Source: an uncultured Clostridia bacterium (GTDB lineage: Bacteria > Bacillota > Clostridia > Christensenellales > UBA1242). Taken from it: 64,000 bases of DNA. Below are positions 25,297 to 34,479 of this stretch, piece after piece (the first letter of the stretch is position 1; each line of letters opens with the position of its first letter). The position numbers and the translations under genes are program-made. The stretch lies in contig CANRIT010000001.1 in assembly GCA_947630745.1 (NCBI GenBank), positions 94,732 to 158,731 on the forward strand, given 5' to 3'. The notes under the pieces are model-generated. The model did not search any database, had not been told where the DNA came from, and saw only the letters and a list, made by a program, of their open reading frames with translations.

Positions 25297-28045
25297 AATC
25301 ACCCTCCTCTTCAGGCTCGATAACAGGTTTAACCATCAAGGCCTCAGAATAGCTATTTCCAACTTTCCCGCCAGGAATGTTTATAGCAATTCCCACAATG
25401 TTAATAGGAGAATTTAAGTTCGTTGTTGTTTTGCTATCAGGCTCGGCCTTAGAGTCTTTATCAACTATGTAGATTATTAATTCGGAGATCATGGATAAAC
25501 CTAAGCTGTCTCTTATTTTGGATATTTCTTCAGTATTAGAGATTTTTAGTTTTTCTAATGTTTCGTCTGTTAATTTTGATTTTTCAATATCTGCGTAAAG
25601 ATCTGCTGGATTTCTTAATGCCCCTATTCGAATAATTCCATCGTCATCATCTTTCTTTCTAGCACGGTTAACCGTTCCTATAATATGTCCATTTAAATCT
25701 TGCATGTTATGTGAATTGTTTTTTCCGGATATCACAACATTCCATGTTTTAAGCTTGTCATCTGAAACGACTTTATTAAACCATGCCTCCATTGTTTCGA
25801 TATCAATAAAAGTTGAGCATGGAGGTAATTCAAGTTTTTTCATATATTGAAAGATAATGCTATGATTAATATTCCTCCAAATAAATTTATCATTACCAAT
25901 TTCTACGCTTCTGATATTATCAAGTTGTTTGATGAAATCATTAGTTTCTTTTAAATTGTTTTTAAGTTTTTCTTTATCGTCATAAAATGTTGTAGTTTGA
26001 TTTTTTGCTCCAGTATAGTTCAGATCCACTTCGATAGCTCGTTGCATTTTCTTTTTTGCAGTCAACAACATCCAGCTTGGCTTTGGTGTGTTTTTAACTT
26101 TAATACCATAATACTTTGGCTTTAAGTTTGCACCATCTAAATTTTGCATTGATTTTTTTAATTGCAAATCTAGACTTGATAAAAATTTAAACTTATCTTC
26201 AGTGTCATAACTCATCCATACTCTTGGTAATAACTCATATTGTTTTCTAAATCCGAACCATCTACCCATTTGCATTAGGGTATCTGCTTGTTTTACCGTT
26301 CTTAAAAAATACGTGCTCACCAATCCTTCAATCGTTAAACCTCTAGAAAGAGTGGCTCCCCCGATAACTATAAATGCTGTTGCAAAATCGATACCGGAAT
26401 CTTTGTCAGGGTATGCCAATCTTAAAAAATATTTATCTTTTGTCCCAACATTATTGTGGCCATTATCCACACACAAATGAACGCCTTTTGTATATGTTAA
26501 AGTTTTATCCTCATCCATCAATATTTTTTGCATTGGTGAACCAATAAGCGTTTTGATAATATCTTTTATTTCATTAAAATTAGGATAATCTTTTATGTTT
26601 TCGCCGCCATAATTTTTATAGCTTTTATAAAATGACTCTATGTCCAGTTTAGAAGTTTGCTCTTCCCAAACTTTCTTGCATTGTGCAATAAAATGATTTT
26701 TGTTAACCGTACTTAAATAATCTTCTATAATACTGCTCATAACTTCGTGTGAAGCGACTAGTTGGCTGGTGTGAATTAATAAACTGATCGGTTTGTTAAA
26801 CTTCCACAATCTAAAACATGCGACACAACAATAGAACCAATATATGGAATCAAGTAACGATTTAGGAAGGTCTCCTGCTTCGCCCTTTTCAATACTTCTA
26901 ATTTTTTTAATTTCGTTTTTTGTAATGTGATTAATAATATTTAAAGGCTCTATGTCTTCAGATCCAAATATTTGTTGAGGTCCGAAATACTCATTTGGGG
27001 ATTTTAAAACAGCAACAAAATCATCCGGAAACATTGTATAGGGATTGTTTTCATCGCCTGGGTTTTCGTTTAGAATATTCGCATAAGGAGTCGCGGTATA
27101 GCCTATGTAATTCATACATCGATAGTTTATTTCTTGTCGTTCGCCGTCAATAGATAAATCATAGATTAAGTTTGTAACTGCTTTATTTATTGCCGTCTTT
27201 TCTTTGCTTTCAAGGTTTGCTGAATTTATCCCTGCTTGATCCGCCTCATCATCTATTAACAAAATTTTCATTTGTTTCTTTTTATTCTTGTCTCTATTAA
27301 GCCATTTAATTAGATTTTTTAAACGAGTAGAATTTTTTAAACAAACAGTAAAATATCTAGTATTTGACTCATCATTCAAGTACAATTGATCAGGTTGGGT
27401 TCCTCCGCCGCCGACCTTAACATTATCTAAACATTGCCAATTAATATTGGCAGTTTCGTTGTGCAAATCTTTTAAAAACCTTTTTTGAGTTTGTATGCGC
27501 AAATTTTCAATAGTACCCGATAAAACTATAAAAAAATTCCAACCAACATCTGCAGCCATTGACATGAGCGCTGCCATATTTGCAGTTTTCCCCGATTGCA
27601 CATTACCAATAACTAAACCCTTAATCGGCTGTCCTGGTAAAGTTGAGATTTTCAGCCTGTTTAAAATTCTATGAGTAGTACTTTCAATGGTTTCAACAGA
27701 ATCCTCTTTGAATCCGCTTTTGAGTAATTTATCCTTATATGCAACCCACATATTTGATGGAGATGTTGGGATCTTAAAATAGTCCCCGCCATCATTTTTG
27801 GGAATTATATATGGACCAATATTAAGAATAGAACTCTCTTTCTCGTTCTCTTTTTGTCTATCACAAAGAAAGAGCCATTCTTCACTGCTAATATCCCAAA
27901 AATCATTCACGCGGTGGCTTTGAAGAAAAGACTCTAATCCATTTGAATTATTTCCATTACAAATATCATCCCACGATAATCCTTTACATCTTGCATTTTT
28001 TATCCATTCTCTAGCTTGATTATACTTACTAAGCGAAAAATTCAT
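25289..28045 (-). CDS. Z1-domain protein (P-loop / SF2-helicase-like NTPase)
   Basis: GNVQSGKTANMAAL (Walker A), LLIDDEADQAG (DEAD-like), GYTATPYANIL, GATLSRGLTIEGL, DTLMQMGRWFGFR (Z1 hallmark). 918 aa. Confidence 0.75.
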   Translation of the reverse strand: MNFSLSKYNQAREWIKNARCKGLSWDDICNGNNSNGLESFLQSHRVNDFWDISSEEWLFLCDRQKENEKESSILNIGPYIIPKNDGGDYFKIPTSPSNMWVAYKDKLLKSGFKEDSVETIESTTHRILNRLKISTLPGQPIKGLVIGNVQSGKTANMAALMSMAADVGWNFFIVLSGTIENLRIQTQKRFLKDLHNETANINWQCLDNVKVGGGGTQPDQLYLNDESNTRYFTVCLKNSTRLKNLIKWLNRDKNKKKQMKILLIDDEADQAGINSANLESKEKTAINKAVTNLIYDLSIDGERQEINYRCMNYIGYTATPYANILNENPGDENNPYTMFPDDFVAVLKSPNEYFGPQQIFGSEDIEPLNIINHITKNEIKKIRSIEKGEAGDLPKSLLDSIYWFYCCVACFRLWKFNKPISLLIHTSQLVASHEVMSSIIEDYLSTVNKNHFIAQCKKVWEEQTSKLDIESFYKSYKNYGGENIKDYPNFNEIKDIIKTLIGSPMQKILMDEDKTLTYTKGVHLCVDNGHNNVGTKDKYFLRLAYPDKDSGIDFATAFIVIGGATLSRGLTIEGLVSTYFLRTVKQADTLMQMGRWFGFRKQYELLPRVWMSYDTEDKFKFLSSLDLQLKKSMQNLDGANLKPKYYGIKVKNTPKPSWMLLTAKKKMQRAIEVDLNYTGAKNQTTTFYDDKEKLKNNLKETNDFIKQLDNIRSVEIGNDKFIWRNINHSIIFQYMKKLELPPCSTFIDIETMEAWFNKVVSDDKLKTWNVVISGKNNSHNMQDLNGHIIGTVNRARKKDDDDGIIRIGALRNPADLYADIEKSKLTDETLEKLKISNTEEISKIRDSLGLSMISELIIYIVDKDSKAEPDSKTTTNLNSPINIVGIAINIPGGKVGNSYSEALMVKPVIEPEEEGDYE

Positions 28046-28055
28046 AATTAACTCC

Positions 28056-29180
28056 TTACTCTAAAGCACCCAATTGTATAAGCTGTTTTATTATTTCCAT
28101 TAAGACATCAACCACAATAGAGTTTCCTGCCTGTTGATAAGCCATGTTTTTTGAAACGACAATTTCATAATCGTCAGTAAACCCCATTAACCGGTGAGCT
28201 TCTCTTTCCGTTAGCTGTCTATATTTTTTTGCGGACTCATCAACCGTTATATAATTATCAATGCCAGCTCTATGATGATTTCCCATTGTTTTTAATAGTG
28301 TTCTAGCTATGCGCAGGTCCATTTCCGGCTTTTGATAAAAATCTTTTGTGCCTCCTTGCAATACGTAATTTAAGACACCTGGCGTGAGTTCATATTTTGT
28401 AGAAACTTCCCCGCCATTCTTTTTAATGACTAAATCTCCATTGGCATTAAATGTAAAACATCCTTCTTTCGAGTTGTTTATTAAAAAGTCCTGTAATGAA
28501 TATTTTAATTCTTTTTTCCCCAATTTTTGAAAATCGAAAGTTATATTTTTTTTTATTCCAACAACAAACAACCTTCTTCTATTTTGCGGGATGCCGAAAT
28601 CGGCGGCATTAATAATTTCTGAAGATATATTATAACCCAAAGATTTAAAAGCGGCTTCAACAATTTTCCAAGTATTCCCTTTGTTGTGCCTTTTTAAATG
28701 ACGGACATTTTCGTAAATAAATACTTTTGGTTGAATTTCTTTAACAAGTCTTAAATATTCAAAGAATAAATTTCCACGCGGATCATCTAATCCGACCTGG
28801 AGGCCTATAGATGAAAAACTTTGACAAGGGCTTCCACCGACGAACAAATCTACTTTATCACGAAAGTCAGTGCCATCTAGCAGGGAAATATCTTGGAAAA
28901 AATAGCCATTTTTAAGTTCTTTTTTATAATTGTGCTCATAACTTTTTTGCATAAAATTGGCTTTTCGTGTCTTTTGACGATAGAGTTCATCAACATAATT
29001 TTTCTTTTCTAGAGGATTTGATAATTTTTTTACAATTTTAAATTCTTTTTTTGTCTCTATATCAATATCTCTTTCTCCATTATCACAAGCAAAGACAACT
29101 TCATAGTCAATGTGCAATCGTCTCAAAGCGAACTCAATCGCTCCAATTCCACTAAAAACTGTGGCTAATTTCAATTTCAT
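28056..29180 (-). CDS. DNA (cytosine-5)-methyltransferase, second of a tandem pair
   Basis: FSGIGAIE (motif I), GGSPCQSFS (IV), ENVRHL (VI), QNRRRLF (VIII), QAGNSIVV (X). Confidence 0.9.
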   Translation of the reverse strand: MKLKLATVFSGIGAIEFALRRLHIDYEVVFACDNGERDIDIETKKEFKIVKKLSNPLEKKNYVDELYRQKTRKANFMQKSYEHNYKKELKNGYFFQDISLLDGTDFRDKVDLFVGGSPCQSFSSIGLQVGLDDPRGNLFFEYLRLVKEIQPKVFIYENVRHLKRHNKGNTWKIVEAAFKSLGYNISSEIINAADFGIPQNRRRLFVVGIKKNITFDFQKLGKKELKYSLQDFLINNSKEGCFTFNANGDLVIKKNGGEVSTKYELTPGVLNYVLQGGTKDFYQKPEMDLRIARTLLKTMGNHHRAGIDNYITVDESAKKYRQLTEREAHRLMGFTDDYEIVVSKNMAYQQAGNSIVVDVLMEIIKQLIQLGALE

Positions 29181-30248
29181 TTATAAGACCTCATTAATTT
29201 TTTTTAATATTTCAACTAGAACATCAACGACAATAGAATTTCCTGCTTGTCTATAAGCCTGCATGTCGGGAACAACATTTTTAAAATGCTTAAACCCCAT
29301 TAATTTAAAACATTCATTTGGCGTCAACTTTCTTACCAAACCCATATCGCCATTATAATTACCAACATAAGCTCCGTCTTGTATTGCTTTGTCGTGTTTA
29401 TGTTTGTCTAGATGTTCGAAAACAAAGTCCCCATTCCAATTATATTGTTGATTTGCTTTTTGAGTTTGTATAATTTTTCTATTTATTCTAGCCCTATGCG
29501 GATTGGTGGTAACAAATTCAAATCCTTTTTCTTTTAGGTAATATTTAGCGTCAACTTCTTCATCCAAAAAATCTTTTAGGGATGTGGTTAGTTTTTTCGG
29601 CTTCGGGAATTCAAAATTAGTTTTTTTGTTTTTGAAACCCACGACATACAATCTTTTTCTATTTTGCGGAATGCCAAAATCAGCAGCGTTAAGTAGTGCT
29701 TTAAAAATCTTATATCCCAAAGAATCGAAAATGTCTTGTATATGCTTCCATGTTTTTCCATCGTCATGGCTTAACATGCCCGGAACATTTTCATACAAAA
29801 AAACTTTTGGTTTAATTTCCGTAATTAATCTTGCAAAATCATAAAACAATGTTCCTCTAGCATCCTCTAGGCCGGCTCTTTTACCTATAACAGAAAAACT
29901 TTGACAGGGGCTTCCGCCAACAAATAAATCTACTTTGTTTTTAAAAAGATTTCCATTTATAAACCTAATATCTTCAAACCAATTATCATCGCTGATGTTA
30001 TAGTTTGCAAAGTAAGACTCCTTCACAAAATTTCTTTTACCCTTACCAAAGTATAGCGTACTAATGTATTTTTGTTTTTCTTTTTCATTCATTCCCCTAG
30101 TTTCATTTTCAACGTCCTCTTTTGTTTTATTAATTTCTCTTTCGCCAGTGTCGCATGCAAAAACAATTTCTTGATTTTTTTCCCCATAAACTTTGGAAAC
30201 GGCTGTCTCTATAGAACCAATACCGCTAAAAACAGTTGCAATTCTCAT
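29181..30248 (-). CDS. DNA (cytosine-5)-methyltransferase, first of a tandem pair
   Basis: FSGIGSIE, GGSPCQSFS, ENVPGML, QNRKRLY, QAGNSIVV. The target-recognition region differs from the downstream paralog. Confidence 0.9.
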   Translation of the reverse strand: MRIATVFSGIGSIETAVSKVYGEKNQEIVFACDTGEREINKTKEDVENETRGMNEKEKQKYISTLYFGKGKRNFVKESYFANYNISDDNWFEDIRFINGNLFKNKVDLFVGGSPCQSFSVIGKRAGLEDARGTLFYDFARLITEIKPKVFLYENVPGMLSHDDGKTWKHIQDIFDSLGYKIFKALLNAADFGIPQNRKRLYVVGFKNKKTNFEFPKPKKLTTSLKDFLDEEVDAKYYLKEKGFEFVTTNPHRARINRKIIQTQKANQQYNWNGDFVFEHLDKHKHDKAIQDGAYVGNYNGDMGLVRKLTPNECFKLMGFKHFKNVVPDMQAYRQAGNSIVVDVLVEILKKINEVL

Positions 30249-30249
30249 T

Positions 30250-30681
30250 TTATAACTCCATTTCTTTGATTTTTTTAAATCTTATATTTTTATTTGGAAT
30301 GTCTAGCACCAACAAAACGTCTTCGTTGGTCAATGACTCCATTTGTTCTAATAAAAATGCGTTAAATAAATCATACATTACAGGATCATCTCCTATTTTA
30401 ATTTGCAACTGTTGCTGCTTGGATATTTTTAAATAAACTTTGCAAGTTATTCCATAACCAGACATGGTAAAAATTTTCCCATCGAATTGGGAAATGTTTT
30501 TTAGCTTAAATATAGAGCATAGCATTTTTTCGCTTTCTTTATTTCCAACAATACCACAATATAAGCTATTATCAGAAGATATTTTTAATAAATTTGATTT
30601 GGAAGGTTTTCTAGCAATTACACATTTTTCGACATCATAATACCATACCAATTTTGAATTTAAACTGATACTTTCTATCAT
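30250..30681 (-). CDS. Orphan protein (143 aa), first gene of the island operon
   Basis: ATG 30681 follows AAGGGGA. The stop abuts the first methyltransferase start (1-nt gap). No HTH or other motif recognised. Confidence 0.55.
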   Translation of the reverse strand: MIESISLNSKLVWYYDVEKCVIARKPSKSNLLKISSDNSLYCGIVGNKESEKMLCSIFKLKNISQFDGKIFTMSGYGITCKVYLKISKQQQLQIKIGDDPVMYDLFNAFLLEQMESLTNEDVLLVLDIPNKNIRFKKIKEMEL

Positions 30682-30754
30682 TTGTTAATCCCCTTGTTTT
30701 TTAATATAATTTCTATCCATAAATAAAAAGCTGATTATACTTTCTAACCAAAAT

Positions 30755-30783
30755 ATTATAGTATAATATTTTAAAAATGTAAA
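30755..30783 (-). promoter_or_regulatory. Candidate island-operon promoter TTTACA-17-TATAAT
   Basis: Minus strand: TTTACA 30783..30778, TATAAT 30760..30755, ~70-nt leader to ATG 30681. Confidence 0.45.
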
Positions 30784-31017
30784 ATATATTTAGCCTTTAT
30801 TAAATAAAATAAATCTTTATAATGCTTAAAATTATTAGAATCTTGTTTTTTAATTATCTAGAAAGTCCACGTTGCATCTCTAACATAAATTATATCTATT
30901 ATCTGTAATAAAGTCAATTGATTTTTATAACAACATTGCCGTTATCGGAAATGTTGTTGTACGTAGTCTTTAGGTCTTTATTTTGGAAATATATAAACGA
31001 ATGCGGGATAAGGGTGT

Positions 31018-31046
31018 TTGCAAAATGGGGGAAGATGTGGTATAAT
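31018..31046 (+). promoter_or_regulatory. Promoter TTGCAA-17-(TGn)TATAAT, 6 nt before ATG 31053 (leaderless geometry)
   Basis: TTGCAA 31018..31023, TATAAT 31041..31046, ggcggt, ATG 31053. Confidence 0.55.
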
Positions 31047-31052
31047 GGCGGT

Positions 31053-32432
31053 ATGGTGGCGGGGATGAAGAAGATTATTATATTTGTGGTGGTGATTGTG
31101 GCGATTGTTGCCAGCGTGGGCGGTGCTGTGGGATTGTATTTTTCCGACCTGAAAACGGTGGCTTTTGCCGACACGGATGAAGTGCTGTTAAATCCCGGAA
31201 AAGGGTTTGTGGACTACGGCAACGCGCTTTTTAATGGCGGCAGAGATTACATTACGGTGGGCTATCATCGGTTTAATTGGGCGGATTTGGAAGAGGTTGA
31301 AGGCGAAATTAACTTTGCCAAAATTGACGATTGGCTGGATACATATGTTAAGCGCGGCAAAAAATTTGCTTTTGGGGTTATGTGTGTAAACACATCTTCC
31401 AGCAAGGAATATATTACGCCTAAATATGTTTTTGATAAGGGCGCAAAAAGTTACGATGCTCTACTTGACGGCGGAACATATCAAAAAGTGCCAGATTGGA
31501 AAGACGAGATATATTTAAGTTGCGTAAACAAATTTGTTGCTGCGTTGGGCGCGCGATATAACGGCAACAAAAACATTGCTTTTGTGGATATTTTGTCGTA
31601 CGGAAATTGGGGCGAGCAGCATTTGTTCCATTTGGATGTTGACGACCCAGACTATATGAAAAACCAAAAAATTACCCCCGGGTTTTTGAAAGAAAAATAT
31701 GTAAAACCATACATGGAAGCCTTCCCCGACACGCTGTTGTTTAACCCGTGGGGAGAAAAGGATTTTAATGATGTCTACCTTGAACTTGTTGACGAGGGGG
31801 TAAGTTTAAGGCGCGATGGCATTGTAAGTTACACAAACGGCTTAGATATACTTGCAAAATGTTATGGCAAACTTCCCGTTGTGTTTGAATATGCAGGCAA
31901 CTATGACGACTATATCCCCGACCGCGAGCAGTATTTCAACCAAAGGCTGCAAGAGGCGATAAACATTGCCAAGCCTTCTTACATCGAACTTGATTTGGAT
32001 TGGTTTAACAACAACAAAGACTATTGCGCCGAACTTGCAAACAAAATGGGGTATTATTTTAGGCTGAAAAAGGCACAATATCGCAAAAATATCAGCCGCA
32101 GCAAAAAATCCACCATAAAGCTAACTTTTGCAAATGACGGCATTGCCCCTATTTATGAAAACTGCTTGGTTTATATTGGTTTGCTTGACAAGGATGGCAA
32201 TTTGGTTGAAAAATATCTAACCGACCTAAACCCAAAAACATGGCTACCAAATAGGCAAGTCACCCAATCTGTGTCCGTGTTGTTTGGCAAAAAAATTAAG
32301 ACAGGCAATTACACTTTGGCGGTTGGTTTGTTTGAAAATGCAACGGATGAAAAACCTACCTATTTGTTGGGTAGCGAAGGCAAAAATGCGGACAATTGGT
32401 ATTTGCTTGGCGATGTAAAAATTAAAAAATAA
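31053..32432 (+). CDS. Membrane-anchored or secreted glycoside-hydrolase-like protein (DUF4832/DUF4874-like; tentative)
   Basis: MVAGMKKIIIFVVVIVAIVASVGG signal/anchor, then LLNPGKGFVDYGN...RFNWADLEEVEGEINF. Start is 31053, or alternatively 31065. The TTG at 30918 in the track is rejected. Confidence 0.5.
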   Translation: MVAGMKKIIIFVVVIVAIVASVGGAVGLYFSDLKTVAFADTDEVLLNPGKGFVDYGNALFNGGRDYITVGYHRFNWADLEEVEGEINFAKIDDWLDTYVKRGKKFAFGVMCVNTSSSKEYITPKYVFDKGAKSYDALLDGGTYQKVPDWKDEIYLSCVNKFVAALGARYNGNKNIAFVDILSYGNWGEQHLFHLDVDDPDYMKNQKITPGFLKEKYVKPYMEAFPDTLLFNPWGEKDFNDVYLELVDEGVSLRRDGIVSYTNGLDILAKCYGKLPVVFEYAGNYDDYIPDREQYFNQRLQEAINIAKPSYIELDLDWFNNNKDYCAELANKMGYYFRLKKAQYRKNISRSKKSTIKLTFANDGIAPIYENCLVYIGLLDKDGNLVEKYLTDLNPKTWLPNRQVTQSVSVLFGKKIKTGNYTLAVGLFENATDEKPTYLLGSEGKNADNWYLLGDVKIKK

Positions 32433-32517
32433 AGCTACAAAAATCTAAGCCAAAATAAAAAAATAACAAATAAAAAAACAAAAAAATAATAACCATACAA
32501 CAAAAAAGCACGGTGAA

Positions 32518-34374
32518 TTAAATTTTGCCGTGCAATTTTAAATATACTAGCAGCACATTTATGTCGCTTGGGCTTACCCCATCAATCCGCCTTGCCTGCC
32601 CTATGGTGGACGGGCGGATATCGTTTAATTTTTGGCGGGCTTCCTTTCTAAGCCCGGCAAGCGTGTTATAATCCAAATTGGGCATTGAAATGTTGTCCAA
32701 TTTTTTGTTTTTGTTAATAAGGTCTTGCTCATTTTTAATATACCCTTCGTATTTAATTTCAGTGTTGACATATTCCAAAACAGAAGGTGAAATATCTTTA
32801 AACAAATTAAAATGTTTTGCAATGTCAAAAATGGTTATGTTGTTGCGCTTGATGCACTCTTTTAAAGTCAAGCCAGATTTTGGCAGACTTTCACTTTTTT
32901 GTTTAAACAAACTTTCCAACTGCTGCGGATTTTTCATGCAAGATAGCGCATCCGTAACCTTTTTGATTTGCAACAATTTTTGTTTGTAAAGTTTGTAGCG
33001 CTTGTTTGTTACCAGCCCAATGTCGTGGCCAAGTTCGGTAAGGCGGATGTCGCAATTGTCCTGCCTAAGGGTAAGGCGATATTCCGCGCGGCTGGTCATC
33101 ATGCGATAAGGTTCGGTTATATTTTTTGTAACCAAATCATCAATAAGTACGCCAATATACGCTTGGTCGCGCCCCAACACCACGGCAGGCAAATTATTTA
33201 AATACCTTGCCGCATTTATCCCCGCCATAATGCCTTGCGCGGCTGCTTCTTCGTACCCGCTTGTGCCGTTTATCTGTCCGGCAAAGAATAGCCCGTTAAC
33301 CGACTTGCTTTCCAAACTGCTTTTAAGTGCGGTAGCATTTATGCAGTCGTATTCAATTGCGTAGGCAAAGCGCATAATTTTAACATTTTCAAACCCCGGA
33401 ATAAGGCGATACATGTTTCGCTGAACATTTGCGGGCATGCTGCTTGAAATGCCTTGAACATACACTTCGTCCGTGCTTGTGCTTTCTGGCTCTAAAAACA
33501 GCTGGTGGCGTTCTTTGTCCGCAAAGCGCATAATCTTGTCTTCAATGCTTGGGCAATAGCGCGGACCAATCCCTTCAATTTTGCCCGAATAAAGCGGGGC
33601 GAGATGAATGTTTTGGCGAATGTAATCGTGCATGGCAGTGCTTGTGTAGCCCAAATGGCAAGGAAGTTTGCTTTTTTTAGGCTTGTCGAGATAGGAAAAA
33701 CTGTAATTGTTTTCACCCGGCTGTAATTCAAATTTTGAATAGTCGATTGTCTTACCGTCAACGCGCGCAGGCGTGCCAGTTTTAAAACGCCTAAGCGGAA
33801 TGCCAAGTTTTTTAAGCGAGCTGGTTAAAAGCGTGCTTGGCTCGTACCCATTTGGACCAGATGATTTTTTAAAATCGCCAATTATAACCGAACTGTTTAA
33901 ATAAACGCCGGTTGCAACCACCACCACTTTACATGCAAAACATTCGTTAAGCGCGGTTTTTATACCAATAACTTTGCCGTTTTTTGTTAATATTTCGGCA
34001 ACTTCACCTTGCAAAATTTCCAAATTTTTTTGATGTTCCAAGGTCTGTTTCATCTTGGTGTGGTAGACAATTTTGTCCACTTGTGCGCGCAGCGATTGAA
34101 CGGCTGGACCTTTACCCGAGTTTAACATGCGAAGTTGCAAAACCGATTTGTCTGTATTGACCCCCATTTCACCACCAAGCGCGTCCACTTCTTGCGCAAG
34201 TTGACCTTTTGCCGTACCGCCAATGCTTGGATTGCATGCTAAAAAAGCAATGCTATCCAAATTAAGCGTGGTAAGCAACGTTTTTTTATTAAGGCGCGAA
34301 AGAGCAAGGCATGCTTCACACCCCGCATGTCCGCTGCCAATAACAACCGCATCGTAACTTGCCACAAATTCCAT
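32518..34374 (-). CDS. mnmG: tRNA uridine-5-carboxymethylaminomethyl synthesis enzyme MnmG (GidA)
   Basis: [14 protein letters not shown] (FAD), ...[19 protein letters not shown]..., 618 aa. Confidence 0.95.
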   Translation of the reverse strand: MEFVASYDAVVIGSGHAGCEACLALSRLNKKTLLTTLNLDSIAFLACNPSIGGTAKGQLAQEVDALGGEMGVNTDKSVLQLRMLNSGKGPAVQSLRAQVDKIVYHTKMKQTLEHQKNLEILQGEVAEILTKNGKVIGIKTALNECFACKVVVVATGVYLNSSVIIGDFKKSSGPNGYEPSTLLTSSLKKLGIPLRRFKTGTPARVDGKTIDYSKFELQPGENNYSFSYLDKPKKSKLPCHLGYTSTAMHDYIRQNIHLAPLYSGKIEGIGPRYCPSIEDKIMRFADKERHQLFLEPESTSTDEVYVQGISSSMPANVQRNMYRLIPGFENVKIMRFAYAIEYDCINATALKSSLESKSVNGLFFAGQINGTSGYEEAAAQGIMAGINAARYLNNLPAVVLGRDQAYIGVLIDDLVTKNITEPYRMMTSRAEYRLTLRQDNCDIRLTELGHDIGLVTNKRYKLYKQKLLQIKKVTDALSCMKNPQQLESLFKQKSESLPKSGLTLKECIKRNNITIFDIAKHFNLFKDISPSVLEYVNTEIKYEGYIKNEQDLINKNKKLDNISMPNLDYNTLAGLRKEARQKLNDIRPSTIGQARRIDGVSPSDINVLLVYLKLHGKI

Positions 34375-34380
34375 GCACTA

Positions 34381-34408
34381 ATTATATCACAAAAATGGCA
34401 TTTTTCAA
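34381..34408 (-). promoter_or_regulatory. mnmG promoter TTGAAA-16-(TGn)TATAAT, 6 nt before the ATG (leaderless geometry)
   Basis: Minus strand: TATAAT 34386..34381, tagtgc, ATG 34374. Confidence 0.5.
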
Positions 34409-34479
34409 TTGTTTTTATAAAAAAATATAAAAAAACAATGCAAACCACATTGTTTTAACTTAAAATTAAATTGATTTTT

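Noticed and set aside
20764-30681. Prophage, ICE or transposon interpretation of the A/T-rich island
   Set aside because: No integrase, recombinase, transposase, capsid, terminase or conjugation genes are present. I found no terminal inverted or direct repeats. The content is a single restriction-like operon.
30918-31052. TTG-initiated N-terminal extension of the hydrolase-like ORF, and the antisense ORF 30914..31174
   Set aside because: The extension would run through a good promoter (TTGCAA-17-TATAAT at 31018..31046). The signal/anchor sequence begins right after ATG 31053/31065.
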